From assembly GCF_011745625.1 (NCBI RefSeq), contig NW_027191470.1, forward strand, positions 372,001 to 436,000: 64,000 bases of DNA, given 5' to 3'. Shown one piece after another: positions 44,870-57,099 of the stretch. The stretch comes from Cladosporium halotolerans. Taxonomy: Eukaryota. Both the position numbers and the translations under genes were made by a program. A model generated the notes under the pieces. That model worked only from the letters and a program-made list of their open reading frames with translations. It made no database searches and was not told the origin of the DNA. How positions within the stretch are numbered: position 1 is the stretch's first letter; every line of letters starts with the position of its first letter.

Positions 44870-46520
44870 ATGGCTATCGGCGACGATCTCACCCAGCTCA
44901 CGCATTCCGACCTCCCCGAGCTCCTCAAAGATGATATCAGCGTCAAAGTTGGCGGGACGGACATTGACGGCCAGGTTCGCGGCAAGCTCATGTCAAAGAA
45001 GAAGTTCCTCTCGATCTCCAAGTCGGGCTTTGGCTTCTGCAGCGTAATCTTTGGATGGGACATGCACGATCAGACCTACTACAAGGAATTGAAGATCAGC
45101 AACAAGGAGAATGGCTACCGTGATATTGTCGCTGAGGTCGACCTCAGCTCGTTCAGGCGTATCCCCTGGGAGAACAACATTCCTTTCTTCATGTGCAGCT
45201 TCCGCGAGCCAGAGGGAACCTCGCTCAGCGCATGCCCGCGCAGCTTGCTCGAGAGGGCAGTCGCTAAAATTGAGAAGTCGGGCTACGGCGCGATGGCAGG
45301 AGGTAAGTGGTAGATCCCATTTGCGACGGCCTGACATGCTTTTGGCCAGATCAACTCCCCACGTGCCACACAGTGTGTCGATTCAACATCACGCTGACTC
45401 GGCTCCCTACTAACCATAGCCGAATACGAGTTCTACCAATTTCGCGCGCCTTCAGCGACCAATGGACCTTCCGGCGAGCGCAACTCTTCCGCTACAGCGA
45501 CTTTCCTCCGCGACAACCCGGTGGACAGTCTGCCCTCGCTCGAGGAGGGAATGTTCGGTTATTCTCTGACCCGCCCAATTCACAACCAAGACTGGTACTA
45601 CGGTGTTTTCGACGCCTGCTCCAAGTTCCGCTGCGACATTGAGGGCTGGCACACCGAGTCCGGACCCGGCGTATACGAGGCCGCGCTGGAGTACGGCGAG
45701 ATCAGACAGATGGCCGACCGCGCGGCCCTCTTCAAGCTCACAGTCAAGAACATCAGCAGCAAATTCGGCATCACGCCGTGCTTCATGGCAAAACCGCGCC
45801 AGGGCCTGCCCGGCAACAGTGGCCACATGCACGTCTCGCTCGTCGACAAGAAGTCCGGCGCCAACCTGTTCGCGCGCGACTCGCCCGACCCCAACCCGCC
45901 GTTCGCCGACGTCGAGCACCTGAGCGACCTCGGCCGCCACTTTCTCGCCGGTATCCTTGAGGGTCTCCCCGATATCATGCCCATCGTGGCCCCCACGGTC
46001 AACAGCTACAAGCGCCTGGTCGAGAACTTCTGGGCGCCCGTCACAGTCTCCTGGGGCCTGGAGCACCGTGCCGCATCAATCCGCCTCATCGCGCCCCCAA
46101 CCTGCCCGCCTAAGGGCACGCGCTTCGAGATTCGCGTACCTGGTGCAGACACCAACGCCTACCTCGTGCTCGCCGCCATCCTGGCGCTCGGCTGGCGGGG
46201 CGTGGAGAAGAAGCTCGCGCTACCTATCGCGCCACTGGCTAGGGGCCAGGACGTTGGCGGCGAAGACGACAAGGGCGAGCGCCTGGCGAAGAACTTGAAG
46301 GATGCTACGGCGCGCTTTGTGAGGAAGGAGAGCATCGCGAGGGAGGTGTTCGGCGACGACTTCGTCGAGCACTTTGCGGGCACGCGTGAGCACGAGATTC
46401 GCCTGTGGGACGAGGCGGTAACTGATTGGTAAGTCTTTGACGCATGGGCGTTTTAATTGAGATCTTGTAGTACTGACACGTTCTTGCAGGGAAGTCAAGA
46501 GGTACATCGAGACGGTGTAA
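44870..46520 (+). CDS. Glutamine-synthetase-like gamma-glutamyl-amine ligase (GlnA4/PuuA-like), 3 exons
   Basis: DIDGQVRGK, AEYEF (across intron 45303-45419), HTESGPGVYE, FMAKP..GNSGHMHVSL, NSYKRLVENFWAP and RFEIRVPGAD. Intron 46429-46489 is followed by WEVKRYIETV*. Confidence 0.9.
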
Positions 46521-47207
46521 GGCGGGTCGACTGGCGTGGTTATTTTCCTGGCTTTGCTTTACGACACGAGCATTGATATCCCAGCGCGGGCTCGGTCTGT
46601 GTGCTGCAGCTTATAGCTTCTAGAATACATGTGTACATGTCCGTTTGAAATGCGGTATGTATAATTTTGTGACATCTGGTAGTACTCAGAGCAGCCTGAT
46701 ACTGTATAAAAGAATGAAATTGACTTAAGCAGAAGGCGGCATTAAACGTGTGAGAGGATGGGACGTGTCAATCACATGGGCCAACACGCAACTCATCTAG
46801 ATGAAGCTGCTTCAGTGCCACTTTCCCAAGCTGTGATGGCCGTTCGTTCTCTCAATGGGAAATGCTAGATCTTTAGTACAGCAGGTCTAGATAGTAGCCC
46901 AGCTCAAGCACAAACTCTAGAGGCGTGGAGACGCGCCTCAAAACCACCTTCCAGAGGATGTCGGATACAACGTTTAGAAGCCGTAATAGGCCGTTTCGTT
47001 CACAAAAAGATCCAAGGTACGGCGTCTCTAACGTCCGTGGCTCTCATGGCTGGTGCATTGGAAAGATCCTTGGGTATCATTGTCCATTTGCGCGGATCCT
47101 CTCACTCGGACGGTCCAGATATCGTACATGTATGTACACGTCCCCTCCCTCGCGCGGCACTTGGAGCGCTCGTACTGCTAGCGTTTCCCCTTTCAATCAG
47201 ATCACAT

Positions 47208-47661
47208 CTACTGCGCAGCCTCCTTCACCAGGGTGGTGATCTTGTCCTCGATAGCCTTGTCGTCCAGACCTGCACGGAATTGTCAGCCCACATTGCACTT
47301 GCATCAATGCCTTCATGCCATTGCCCAGCCATATCCAAGACTCCAATGCCACCAATCACTCACCTGCAAGATCTGCCATCTTTTCCCGTCCAAACTCGTA
47401 GCGTGCGAATACACGGGGCGATGTGTTGAGGGCCTCGCGAATCATGATAGGCGTGTGAGGGTTGTGGTGCTTCATCGTGGGGTAGGCGCGGGTGAGGAAT
47501 GATCTGAGGAGGTTCACACATTAGCATTGCTCCTTGAACCCAACATGGCTGCTTTTCGCATTGCGTGGCCCGTACCGGACGGCATTGCTGTGGTCGCTGG
47601 TCTGGCAGTGCAGGAAGCGCAGCTCCTTGAGGGCCTTGCTGAAGACGTATTTGCCGCTCAT
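47208..47661 (-). CDS. NDUFA2: NADH:ubiquinone oxidoreductase 10.5 kDa (B8) subunit, 3 exons
   Basis: MSGKYVFSKALKELRFLHCQTSDHSNAVR, intron 47504-47575, SFLTRAYPTMKHHNPHTPIMIREA..RYEFGRE..LAG, intron 47270-47363, LDDKAIEDKITTLVKEAAQ*. Confidence 0.93.
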
Positions 47662-47971
47662 TGTGTGCTGATAGATCCAAGGAAGATGTGTAGAGTTGTT
47701 TGTTCGGCAATTGTCAAGGTAGAGGGTGTAGACGAGTAGTTTCCTAGAGCCAGCAGCGGTTTGCGCAACGCTCGGAAGCCAGATGAAGTCGCAAGTGGTC
47801 AGCAACCAACCCTCAAGCTCCGCCGGGCAAAATCCTTGGCGGCCTATCTCCGCTCTGCAATGCGCTGAACGACCGACCTCACTACCGCTCGCCCGGCCGC
47901 GACCTCATTCATACACCTCTTCGCCCCGACGACTCCTCACACCGTCGAAACACCAAATCAACACCGCCAGA

Positions 47972-48650
47972 ATGTCCGCCCGCTTCGGTATCCGGGCCTT
48001 CCGCGCCCAGATGCCTGCCCGCCAGGTCAACACCAACATGCGCTTCGCGCAGCGTCGCACCTACCAGAGCGCCGCTGAGAACCCGGCCAATGTCGAGGGT
48101 CCTCCCAAGAGCAAGTTTGCTCAGCTCTGGAACAGCCCCGTTGGTCCTAAGACCGTCCACTTCTGGGCGCCTATCATGAAGGTATGCGACACGTGAGCTA
48201 GCCTCGGGCCCGGGAATACGATTGCACTGGTTCGCAACATTGGATACTGATCGAATCAATGTATTTGGGTCATTTTGGATATGAGAGACCAATTGCTAAC
48301 ACCAATGTCTTTTCCAGTGGGGCCTCGTCCTCGCCGGTGCCGCCGACTTCGCCCGCCCCGCCGACCAGCTTTCCCTCTCCCAGAACGCCGCCCTGACTGC
48401 CACCGGTCTGATCTGGACTCGCTGGTGCTTCATCATCAAGCCCCGCAACCTTTTCCTCGCCTCCGTCAACTTCCTCCTCTTCTGCGTCGGCGCTACCCAG
48501 ACTACCCGTGTGCTCCTCTACAACGCCAGCCAGAAGAACGACAGCACCATCGATGCCGCTAAGAAGGAGGCTGAGAAGGACGTTGGCGCTATTGAGAAGA
48601 TCGTTGAGGACCCCAAGGCTGCTGTCAAGAGCGTTACCAACCCGAAATAG
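47972..48650 (+). CDS. MPC2: Mitochondrial pyruvate carrier, Mpc2/3-type subunit, 2 exons
   Basis: WNSPVGPKTVHFWAPIMK, intron 48182-48317, WGLVLAGAADFARPADQLSLSQNAALTATGLIWTRWCFIIKPRNLFLASVNF. Confidence 0.92.
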
Positions 48651-48969
48651 AGGAATCTAAAAGGGAAATGCTAGACTAGTAGAGGAAGAGGATGTTTCAT
48701 ATCACGTGGGTTGTCAAGCGAGCAAGGACTCGCTTTCAGAATCGAGCGGTATTCTGGCCGCTCCAACGGGATTTGTATATGAATTGCGAGATTTCACCTG
48801 CGCAGCGACCAGGGAGCTGAACGAGTCAAGCTCCGGCGTTTCGCGGCCAGTGGTGTGGTTAATATACGATCAAATACAAATTCGAGCCTTCAATGGGGCA
48901 ATTGAAAGCATGCCGGCAGCTCAGAACATTCCTCATTTATTGCTCTAGGTACTAATTACGAAGTCAAAT

Positions 48970-49866
48970 TTACTGACCGCCGGCCGCCACTTCACCAAAC
49001 CGGAACTGCGCCCAACTCATGCTTCCTTCAGGAAGCGTCCAGAGCTGCTTTCCCTTGTCGTCGCCGGCAGCACCAGCAGCAATGTGAACAGGAAGCAGAT
49101 GCTCAAAGCTAGGATGGGCCCTCCTGGCATCACTCCGCTTCAACAACGCCACCATCGCCTTCTCTCTGCCGTCCGCATCCCCTTGCTCAACCGCTTCCTT
49201 CAGCGCGTCATCAAAGCTGTACGCATACGGCTGCGCCTTGGGCTTCCCCATGCTGCTCCACAAATCGCGTAGGTTATGAACCGCCATGCCAGAGCAGATG
49301 ATCAATACGCCCTCGTCCCGTAAAGATGCCAACGCCCTGCCGAGCGCCACATGCTGCGCCGCGTCGTCCGAATCAAACAGCGACACCTGCACAACCGGCA
49401 CGTTTAGCGGGTTCTTCTCCGGGTCAAACGCGACCAAAAACGGCGCGAAAACACCGTGATCGAGCCCCCTCCGCACGCCCTCGGCTTTGATCCCCGCTCC
49501 CTGCAGACGCCCGAGGATCTTCTCCGCGAGCTCCGGCGAACCCGTGTTGGGGTACTGAACCGAGTAGTAGTGGGCGGGGAAGCCGTAGTAGTCGTAGATG
49601 AGGCCCTGGGAGGTGGCGGTGTTGACTTCAACGGCGTCGCGGTCGGCCTGCCAGTGGGCGGAGAAGACGACGACGGCTTTCGGTTTGACTTGCTGGGTAA
49701 TCTCGCGGCCAATGGTTTGCAGTTTGGCGTAGGCTGGGTGGGAGTAGTCTTCGAAGAGGTTGGGGCCTCCTGGATGGGACCGTGAGTCTGTGGATCTTCA
49801 GGTGTCTTGACTATGGGTGTAGGCCAACATACCGTGTGAGAGGAAGTACACCGGCGTTCTAGTCAT
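48970..49866 (-). CDS. LigB-type extradiol ring-cleavage dioxygenase (DOPA 4,5-dioxygenase-like), 2 exons; optional in-frame extension to ATG 50082
   Basis: MTRTPVYFLSHG, intron 49770-49832, GPN..VVFSAHWQ..IYDYYGFPAHYY..RGLDHGVF..SGMAVHNL..AHPSFEHLLP. Confidence 0.88.
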
Positions 49867-50376
49867 CTTGCCAGAATTCGCAAGAAACGTTTGAGTAGAT
49901 TGTGAACGTGTAGTTGAAGTGAGTAGGCCAAGCTTAAAAGCTATCCGCGAAAGCGGACGGGTGAATATGTTTGAATACAGATTGTCGGTCTCCTGGCCGA
50001 TGTGAGGCGACAAGACGGGGGCTATCAGGGCGAGGGCTGCACCGAGAAATACGAGTGAGAGTACCGAGCGAGTGAAAGACATTAACAAGCAGCGGATTTG
50101 CGAAGACCTACATGTATATCCAGTAGCTAAATCCTATGATTAATCCAAGCAGAGTCCTTATACATGCTAGGGGATGTTTAATTCCGCGAGTGCTTTGTCA
50201 TTGCGGTGTCTGGCAGAGGGCTCACGAAAGCCTTCTGCGGCGTCGATTCCGCTGACCGTCTGGCCACTGTTTCAGCCCCTCCAGACGTCATTCGTTTGGT
50301 GAACGGCCTCGGCCTCACTTTTAGCTCGCGACTTCCATCCGAGACTATCTACACGAGCATTCAACTCGCACACAGG

Positions 50377-51189
50377 ATGTCAAGCAAAGCAGCTCTGGTC
50401 GTACCGGCCCTGAGGAGGCACACCTCGACCGTCATTGTCGCCCACGGCCTCGGAGACAGGTGAAGTGCCCGCGTCCAGTTGAGCAGCAGAATGCTAACTT
50501 CATGGCAGCGGCGCAGGATGGTAAGCATAGCTCGCAATTCTCTCCAACAACGGTAACATTCTGATATCTTTACCTTTAGGGCCTTCCTCGCCGAGCAATG
50601 GCGTTCGCGCAACAAGTTCCCCGAAACCAAGTTCATCTTCCCCAATGCGCCTAGCATTCCCATCACCGTCAACATGGGCATGCGCATGCCCGGCTGGTAC
50701 GACATCGCAGACTTCGGCGAACTGGCGAACCGCTCCGAAGACGAGGCCGGCGTGCTGCGCTCGCAGAAGGTCTTCCACACACTTATCCAGGCCGAGATCG
50801 ACGCCGGGATCCCCACCGAGCGCATCATCCTGGGCGGCTTCAGCCAGGGCGGCGCCATGAGCTTGATGGCCGGCGTCACCTGCCCGACGAAGCTGGGCGG
50901 CATCTTCGGCCTGTCGAGCTACCTGCTGCTGAAAGATAAGGTGAAGGATATGGTGCCTGCCGAGTCACCGAACAAGGATACGCCGATCTTCATGGGTCAC
51001 GGCGATGCGGACCCTATTGTCAGGTACGCCTGGGGCCAGATGACGGCCGAGAAGCTGCGGGAGTGGGGCTGGAGTGTGGATTTCAAGACCTACCCAGGCC
51101 TGCCTCACTCTGCTGCTCCGCAGGAGATTGACGACCTGGAAGCCTACATCAACAAGCGGATACCCGATCTTGGCGACAAGAAGCTCTGA
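50377..51189 (+). CDS. Acyl-protein thioesterase 1 / lysophospholipase-like hydrolase, 3 exons
   Basis: AHGLGDS-GAGW is built across introns 50460-50508 and 50521-50579 with a 12-nt middle exon. Also MRMPGWYDI, GGFSQGG, GHGDADPIV and LPHSA. Confidence 0.92.
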
Positions 51190-51565
51190 CTTGGGTCGTC
51201 TGAGAAAGACCCGTATGACGCTGGCGAAATTCGCCTCGTCCTGGGCGCGGGGCTTACGATGATCGTGTGGCTGCTGAGTCTGATTTTACTCAGACGATGG
51301 AGACGTGGATGAGCTCAGAGATAGCCTGAACAAGGTGCTCTGGACGAACACTATGGAGGCTAGCAAATCAAGAGAAAGATACCAAATAGAAGAATTCATT
51401 GCATAAAATCACAAAAGGCCTCTACGATTTTCGATTTTGGAGTGTCGCCCGGGTATCAAGTGAAAAAGAAAAACAATCAAAAAATTGACGACCCAAACCA
51501 TGGATCGTCTCAGGAAGGTGTATCCCTCAACAAACTCTTCCAAGCAATCTCAGCAACTTCCCCTC

Positions 51566-54565
51566 TCACGTCCTGATCAGAACCCTCACTCCCAAGCCCC
51601 TGGCCTCTCTGATACAGCAAGCCAGACACGTTCTGCCAGTCTTGCCAACGATCGCGTTCTCGCCAACCTTCGCACACCAGGCCCTGGCGAGAAGCTCCAG
51701 ATCGGCCTTCCCTCGGCAATCGAGCACAGCTACTTCCTCTTCCTCTTCGTTCTCGGCCTCTGCCGTCGCATCGGGTAGCGAGAGGGCTCGAGAGCGTGCT
51801 TCCTCCGCCCCGGCAGACAGGAGCGTTGCCACCGGCAGTGTCATATAGCGGTACGAGGTGTGCAGAGGATGCGCTGGTGGAGGCGCGACGTCGCGAGAGG
51901 ATGCCGTGTGAAAAGAGAGAGCGAGGTTATCGGATGGCGAAGAGGTGAGACTGCTGAGGTCGTGATCCTCGTCGTTGGCGACAGGGTAGCAGGGATAGGA
52001 AGAGATGAAGTGGACGTCGTAGGTGAGGGGTACGGAGATCTGGGGGAGCTTCGGGTTAATGGGCGACGAGAAGGCCAGGTACGCTGTGCTTTTGGGTGTG
52101 ATGCTGGAGGCATCGGAGTCGGAGTCCGGGCTGACGAATGACAGGCCTCGACAGACGACTTCGTTGCCCATGACTGGAGGACTGTCGGTGGGAGTAGTGA
52201 AGTCGCTGGCTCGCAGGAAGCTCGCGTCGTAGTTGTGGAATGGGTCAGAGGCTTTCGGAAGGGCTTCGCGGTCCTTGATGCGAGGTTTTGCTTCAGGGTA
52301 GGGAAAATCTTTGATCTTTGCGTCGATCCAGCCTTCTGGTTGTTCAGTCGGCGCATCGGGAACAGATATCCAGCCCATGCATTCAATGGCACCCAGTTTT
52401 GCAGCCAACACCCTGCCCACAGCTGAGCTTTTGCTCCAGAAAGTGCGGCCCCTGTATGCGAAGCCACCGTACAAGTTTGCGTTGTCACCCAGTGCATCAA
52501 TAGCTTCAGGACTGTTCTCCAGCAAAGCACTCATGAGGAAATGGCCGGCCGCTTCGCCCGGTAGCACAAGACCGGAGAGCCAGGAGCGAGAAAGCCACCC
52601 ACCGACATTGAACCCCTCAGCCTCATTTGCAGCAGGGCGCAATTGTATGCTTTGTGCAGTCTTTGTTCGATTAATACCCGGGCGGTTCTGTTGCTGACCA
52701 ATTGCGCCGAAATAGCTGGTCCTCGTTCCAGGAGTGTTCTCAACGTCGAACAACCGTGGGCTGTTCAGTGGCGTTGCGTATATGCTCATCGTGCTGACTG
52801 GCCGTTCGTAGCCTGAAAAGTCCGGCTCTGGCCGGAGCTGTGTACGTACGTCTTCGACATGTGGCCAGCTGAGCGCGCGTGCAAAAGTCAAGAGGCCGGA
52901 GATCTGATGATCTTCGTTCTTTGGGCGAAGAATAGGTTTTGAGGAGTCGTTCTGTGGGTCCTCCTGCGATGTGAAGAAAGAGATCGCGCTGAAAAAGCTG
53001 TTCCTGATCCCTTGACCATTTGCGCTCGGCAGTATCGAAACGCTCATGTTGGACAGGAACTTTTCTGCAACCAGGATGTCCCATTCCACTTTCTGGCTCC
53101 TCTGTTGCAACGGAACTGGCGAGGATCCACTGTGAGGAGCGCCTATGGCTGCTGAGAGTTTCAAGCGCACCAACAACTCTGCAGCCAGAGTCACCTGCAG
53201 AATGAAAACGTCCCTTTCGCTGAGATGCGCTGCACTAGAGTCTTCGGTGTCGAAGTCTGTCCATAGAAGCTGGCCTATCCTTATCCGCCATTCGACAACG
53301 CTAAAATCATGCCAAAGGCCCTTCATCTCAAGAACTTGCTGCAGCGCAGCAATTTGCTTATCGAGTGAGACTTTCTGAATGCCCTCAGCAGAGATGTCCG
53401 CAGAAGACCTGTTCAGTAGCCTGCCGAACAAGTCATTTCCAAGCTCGAAAACATTGTCTTCGTCGAGCGAGCCGGATACCGAGTCGCCGTCAGAAAGACG
53501 AGCATAGAGTTCTCCAGATTCTGTCAAGCAATTCACGAGCTGTGCAAGATCGAACTCAAGAAGGCCAACTTCTGCAGGGTTGTTGGTCAAAAGATGCCGC
53601 TTCTCAAATGTCGAGCTTTCGTCAGGAGTCGTCAGACTATCCGAGACAGGAAGCTGCAGAAAGTGTTCGAATCCAGTCGTCCCGGGTTCTGGTCCATTTG
53701 CGCTCAGCAGATTGGGCACCTCCAAGATATCGTCACAAGCTTCGGTCTTTCGACTGACGATTTTAAGATGGCTCGTGAATGGGATGTGTTGGCTCTCTTC
53801 CACAGCATCCACGCCTAGAGTGCTTGAGCGAAATGTTTCATGGTCAAATTGTTTATGATCTGGTAGGTAGTGTGGAGGTAGGCCAGTGCTACCACCGTGA
53901 AACACAACCTGTGGTCGGTATTCTGACAAGTCTGGGACTGCACTGAAGCATGGTGCTCCCTCGAAGAGCATAAATATTTCATCTTCTGTGAGCTGTCGGT
54001 GGACGTCGGCATTAGGTCCGTCATAAAACGGCGGCAGCGGTTCGGAGCCGGAGGCGTTGCGCGAATCCGCTCGTATTTGTTGCCGAAGGAAGAAATTATC
54101 CGAGGCCTTCTTCTTCTCTTGGTCCTTGGACGGTCCTAGTATGCGGTCGAGGGCATTTTCGCTTAGGCCGTATGAGCTACTGTTTCGCTGATGCTTACTC
54201 TTACCCTATGAAAGTGGGTCAGATGCTGTCCATGTCGCATTGCTCTTAAATGCGGATGGACTTACGGATTTATTGGACGATTTGGTTTTCTGGGTCGTCA
54301 TTCGGGTAAGAATGTTGTCATTTTCCTCTTCTTCAGCCTTGTGATTTCCGCCTTTTTGTTTAAAGAAGTCGATGACTGTCCTGCGCTTCGAAGCTTTTGA
54401 CGAAGACGCCGCTCTCTCGTGCGAAATGGCATCGTCCTCCGGAGCAACGTTTTCCTTGACTTCCTGCGCGGGCTGCCGATGACGCTTCATTATCGGCAAC
54501 CGAAAAGGTGAACCCTTTCTTTCGCCATCCTGGTCGGTGTCTGAACTCAAACGTCCTAAGCGCAT
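51566..54565 (-). CDS. Conserved fungal hypothetical protein (~980 aa), 2 exons
   Basis: Exon 1 (54266-54565) plus intron 54206-54265 (GTAAGT..CTGAC..TAG) joins in frame to ORF 51566-53971. Motifs WLSRSWLSGLVLPGE, NLYGGF and RAWCA..TCLACCIREA. Confidence 0.8.
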
Positions 54566-55212
54566 GTCTCTGGTGATCCAGTCGCAGGGCTTTGAGGCAC
54601 ACTCGCCGCAGCACAGAAGACAGAAGCAAGTAAACAGAGTGGGAAGCTGTACAAACCTGACAAGCGACCGCCGCTTCTTAGAGTCAGCACTTCCGCGGGT
54701 AATGAACCAGACGTGGCAGCCACATCAGGCTGGAACATGCATCAAATGACACGGGAGTGCCCTCTCAGGTAAGAGGGCGCGGCAGGCATACACCCGCCTG
54801 TACATCAGCGCGCCCCTCATCCAGCTAGGTACCCAGATCGGGGCCACCGGTGGCGGATGCGGGCGAAAGAGGCACGAGGCTGCGAGCCCGCGCGGCCGGC
54901 TGGCGTCGATTCGCTGTACAACAAGCACGGTGTTCGTGCGCGGTCGCAGACGAGATTGGTTTATTTGGCCCCGGCGCCCAGTGAAAGTCCAGACCACTTC
55001 GCGGCAGCACCACCTAAGCCGGCTGTGGCGCTTTAAGTGCACCATAGTGTGACCCCATCACTGCCCATGCAGGCCTTTGTGGGGAAGACCCTGGGCGATG
55101 AGCGCGGCAGTGATCGTGATCATGGGACGACGCAAATCAAGTCGCTTATGCAACCATGGGTCGCACCGCGTGACACGGGACGATAGACGAGACTGCTGCA
55201 ATGCAAATGTGT

Positions 55213-56283
55213 TTATTGCCATTGTGATATATAGATGTTATCGTCGCGCTCCAGGCGTTCAAGCTCGTGCGCATGCGTGTCTTCGCTCAGACCAATACTC
55301 GACAATTGTCTGAGAATATCGGTGAGCCATTTGCCTTTCGGCTCGCCTATGGCTTTTGCTTTTTCCGTCCAAGCCCAGAGCACAGGGTCTAGGAAGTCGA
55401 CTGCCGGACGGGAGCGGGACGCATCACGGTTTAAATGCCATCGCATGAGCTTCACAACACTCCACTGTAGCAGGTATAGAACTACTTGCTTGTTGCAGCC
55501 ATCATCAACTACAGCTTTGCGAAGCAAGTCTTGGTCGACCTCCACCCCGAGGTTACGCAGCAGTTTGATGACCTCCACTGCATGCTGTGCTATAGCCTGT
55601 GACAGGCCTTCGTAGGCGAGCTCTGCCACAATACCCTCCACAGGTGTCGCACAGCAGTTGGGATATAAACTGAAGACTTTAAGAAAGGCAATGCGATCAA
55701 TGGTCCATGGTCCATGAACTACCTTGGAGGGTGGCGGCAAGGATGTTGAAGGCTGGAGAGCAGACCAAATTTGAGCATACCGAGCTTCATCGCTAGGAGA
55801 CTCGGGTTGCTCCAAGCGTCGTGCATCACGCTCATGATCAAGCCACTTACAAAAGAACGCCCAGGTCATGAAACGGCTGTTGAGTAATCGAGTCGCACTT
55901 GCTAGCTGTGCCGACGTCGGTTTGTCGGCCGTGCCATGGAGGACAACGGACGATAAAGCATTGCAAGTGAGCTCCCACTGCAGCTGCTTGCCTGAAAGCT
56001 GAGAGGTGACACTTGTTGAAGCCGCTGGTAAGTCCAAATTGCCAGAGTGGACGAAAATGGCTTGGATCATCTCCGTCGGCAACTGCTCAAGATGTGACAG
56101 TTCGACTCTTCGTCGTTTGATCGCTCGATGCTGACTCGTGCCGACAGGGGATGTTGGTGGTGAAGAGTCGAAGGTGTTGGCGGGCCTGCGCACATGAACT
56201 CGAACTTTCCTAGCGGTCCATTTTTCGCATTTCGCACCATGGCGTTTACCTCGAATGCGGATCGGCGTCTTGTCAGAAGACAT
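55213..56283 (-). CDS. Hypothetical protein with an F-box-like motif
   Basis: 356 aa ATG-initiated ORF with a basic N-terminus. LSHLEQLPTEMIQAIF resembles an F-box start. Confidence 0.65.
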   Translation of the reverse strand: MSSDKTPIRIRGKRHGAKCEKWTARKVRVHVRRPANTFDSSPPTSPVGTSQHRAIKRRRVELSHLEQLPTEMIQAIFVHSGNLDLPAASTSVTSQLSGKQLQWELTCNALSSVVLHGTADKPTSAQLASATRLLNSRFMTWAFFCKWLDHERDARRLEQPESPSDEARYAQIWSALQPSTSLPPPSKVVHGPWTIDRIAFLKVFSLYPNCCATPVEGIVAELAYEGLSQAIAQHAVEVIKLLRNLGVEVDQDLLRKAVVDDGCNKQVVLYLLQWSVVKLMRWHLNRDASRSRPAVDFLDPVLWAWTEKAKAIGEPKGKWLTDILRQLSSIGLSEDTHAHELERLERDDNIYISQWQ

Positions 56284-57099
56284 GCTTCACTTGACAAGTT
56301 CCAGATATCTAGGTCGGTACGTTAGCCGCTGTGCATCAGACTTGTGTGACTATAAAAGCGATGCTTTGAAGGATTCCTCAGTGATCTTGGTTAAAGAATG
56401 ATCATCCCCTGGGGGTCAATTACTATCTAGTGCGTGTGTTTTAATCATCGGACATGGTGGAAAGCTGAAGGAAGAAAGAAAATGTAAAATACATACCCCA
56501 CGCAGACTCATGCAGGTAAAAGGTGAGCAGCCATGGCCAAAGAGGGTCGAGTCATCTGGGTTCTGCAGCGAGTCAGCTGATATGTCCAATGCAGTGAAGT
56601 GCTATCGTGATGAGTTTGGACATGACATTCAGAATATGTAAGAATTGAATATCAGGCTAGCCAGACCGTATGAGAAACAGGCGAGTAACTCCGGCGCTGA
56701 CTGTCAATCGCAAATTATAACATCTTGATGATGTAAGAAAGTAGTTGAGGAATCGGACTTACCAATTGGTGTGGGCATTTGCCTGCAGCAGGCCGGATGC
56801 AGTGCTGTTCACATGATGAAGAGTACGGGCAATAGAAGGAAGAGCCCAGTCTTCACGCGAAGAAGATTTCAACAACGCCGGGGGCTGCTCGGGCCGCCCA
56901 GCTGCCAAGCCCGGAACTTTTCCGCCCGCCCACGACCTGAGAATTCAGCCCACTGGACCAGAATTGAGAAGCGAGCGACTGCGACGACATCCATACTAAC
57001 CTCTCCCACACAGCCCGGTACGGTCCCACCATCATTGCGCCTGCGACTCTCGAGACTCCGTCCTAACTTGCGAATCCAGACCCGACGACAATCGATACA

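Noticed and set aside
44870..46520. Calling the GS-like gene fluG or canonical glutamine synthetase
   Set aside because: There is no N-terminal amidohydrolase domain as in FluG, and it lacks the catalytic flap Glu and GSII-type sequence of true fungal Gln1.
56607..56700. GTGATGA ... CTGA pair resembling C/D snoRNA boxes upstream of RPL14
   Set aside because: No terminal stem and no rRNA-complementary guide that I could recognise.
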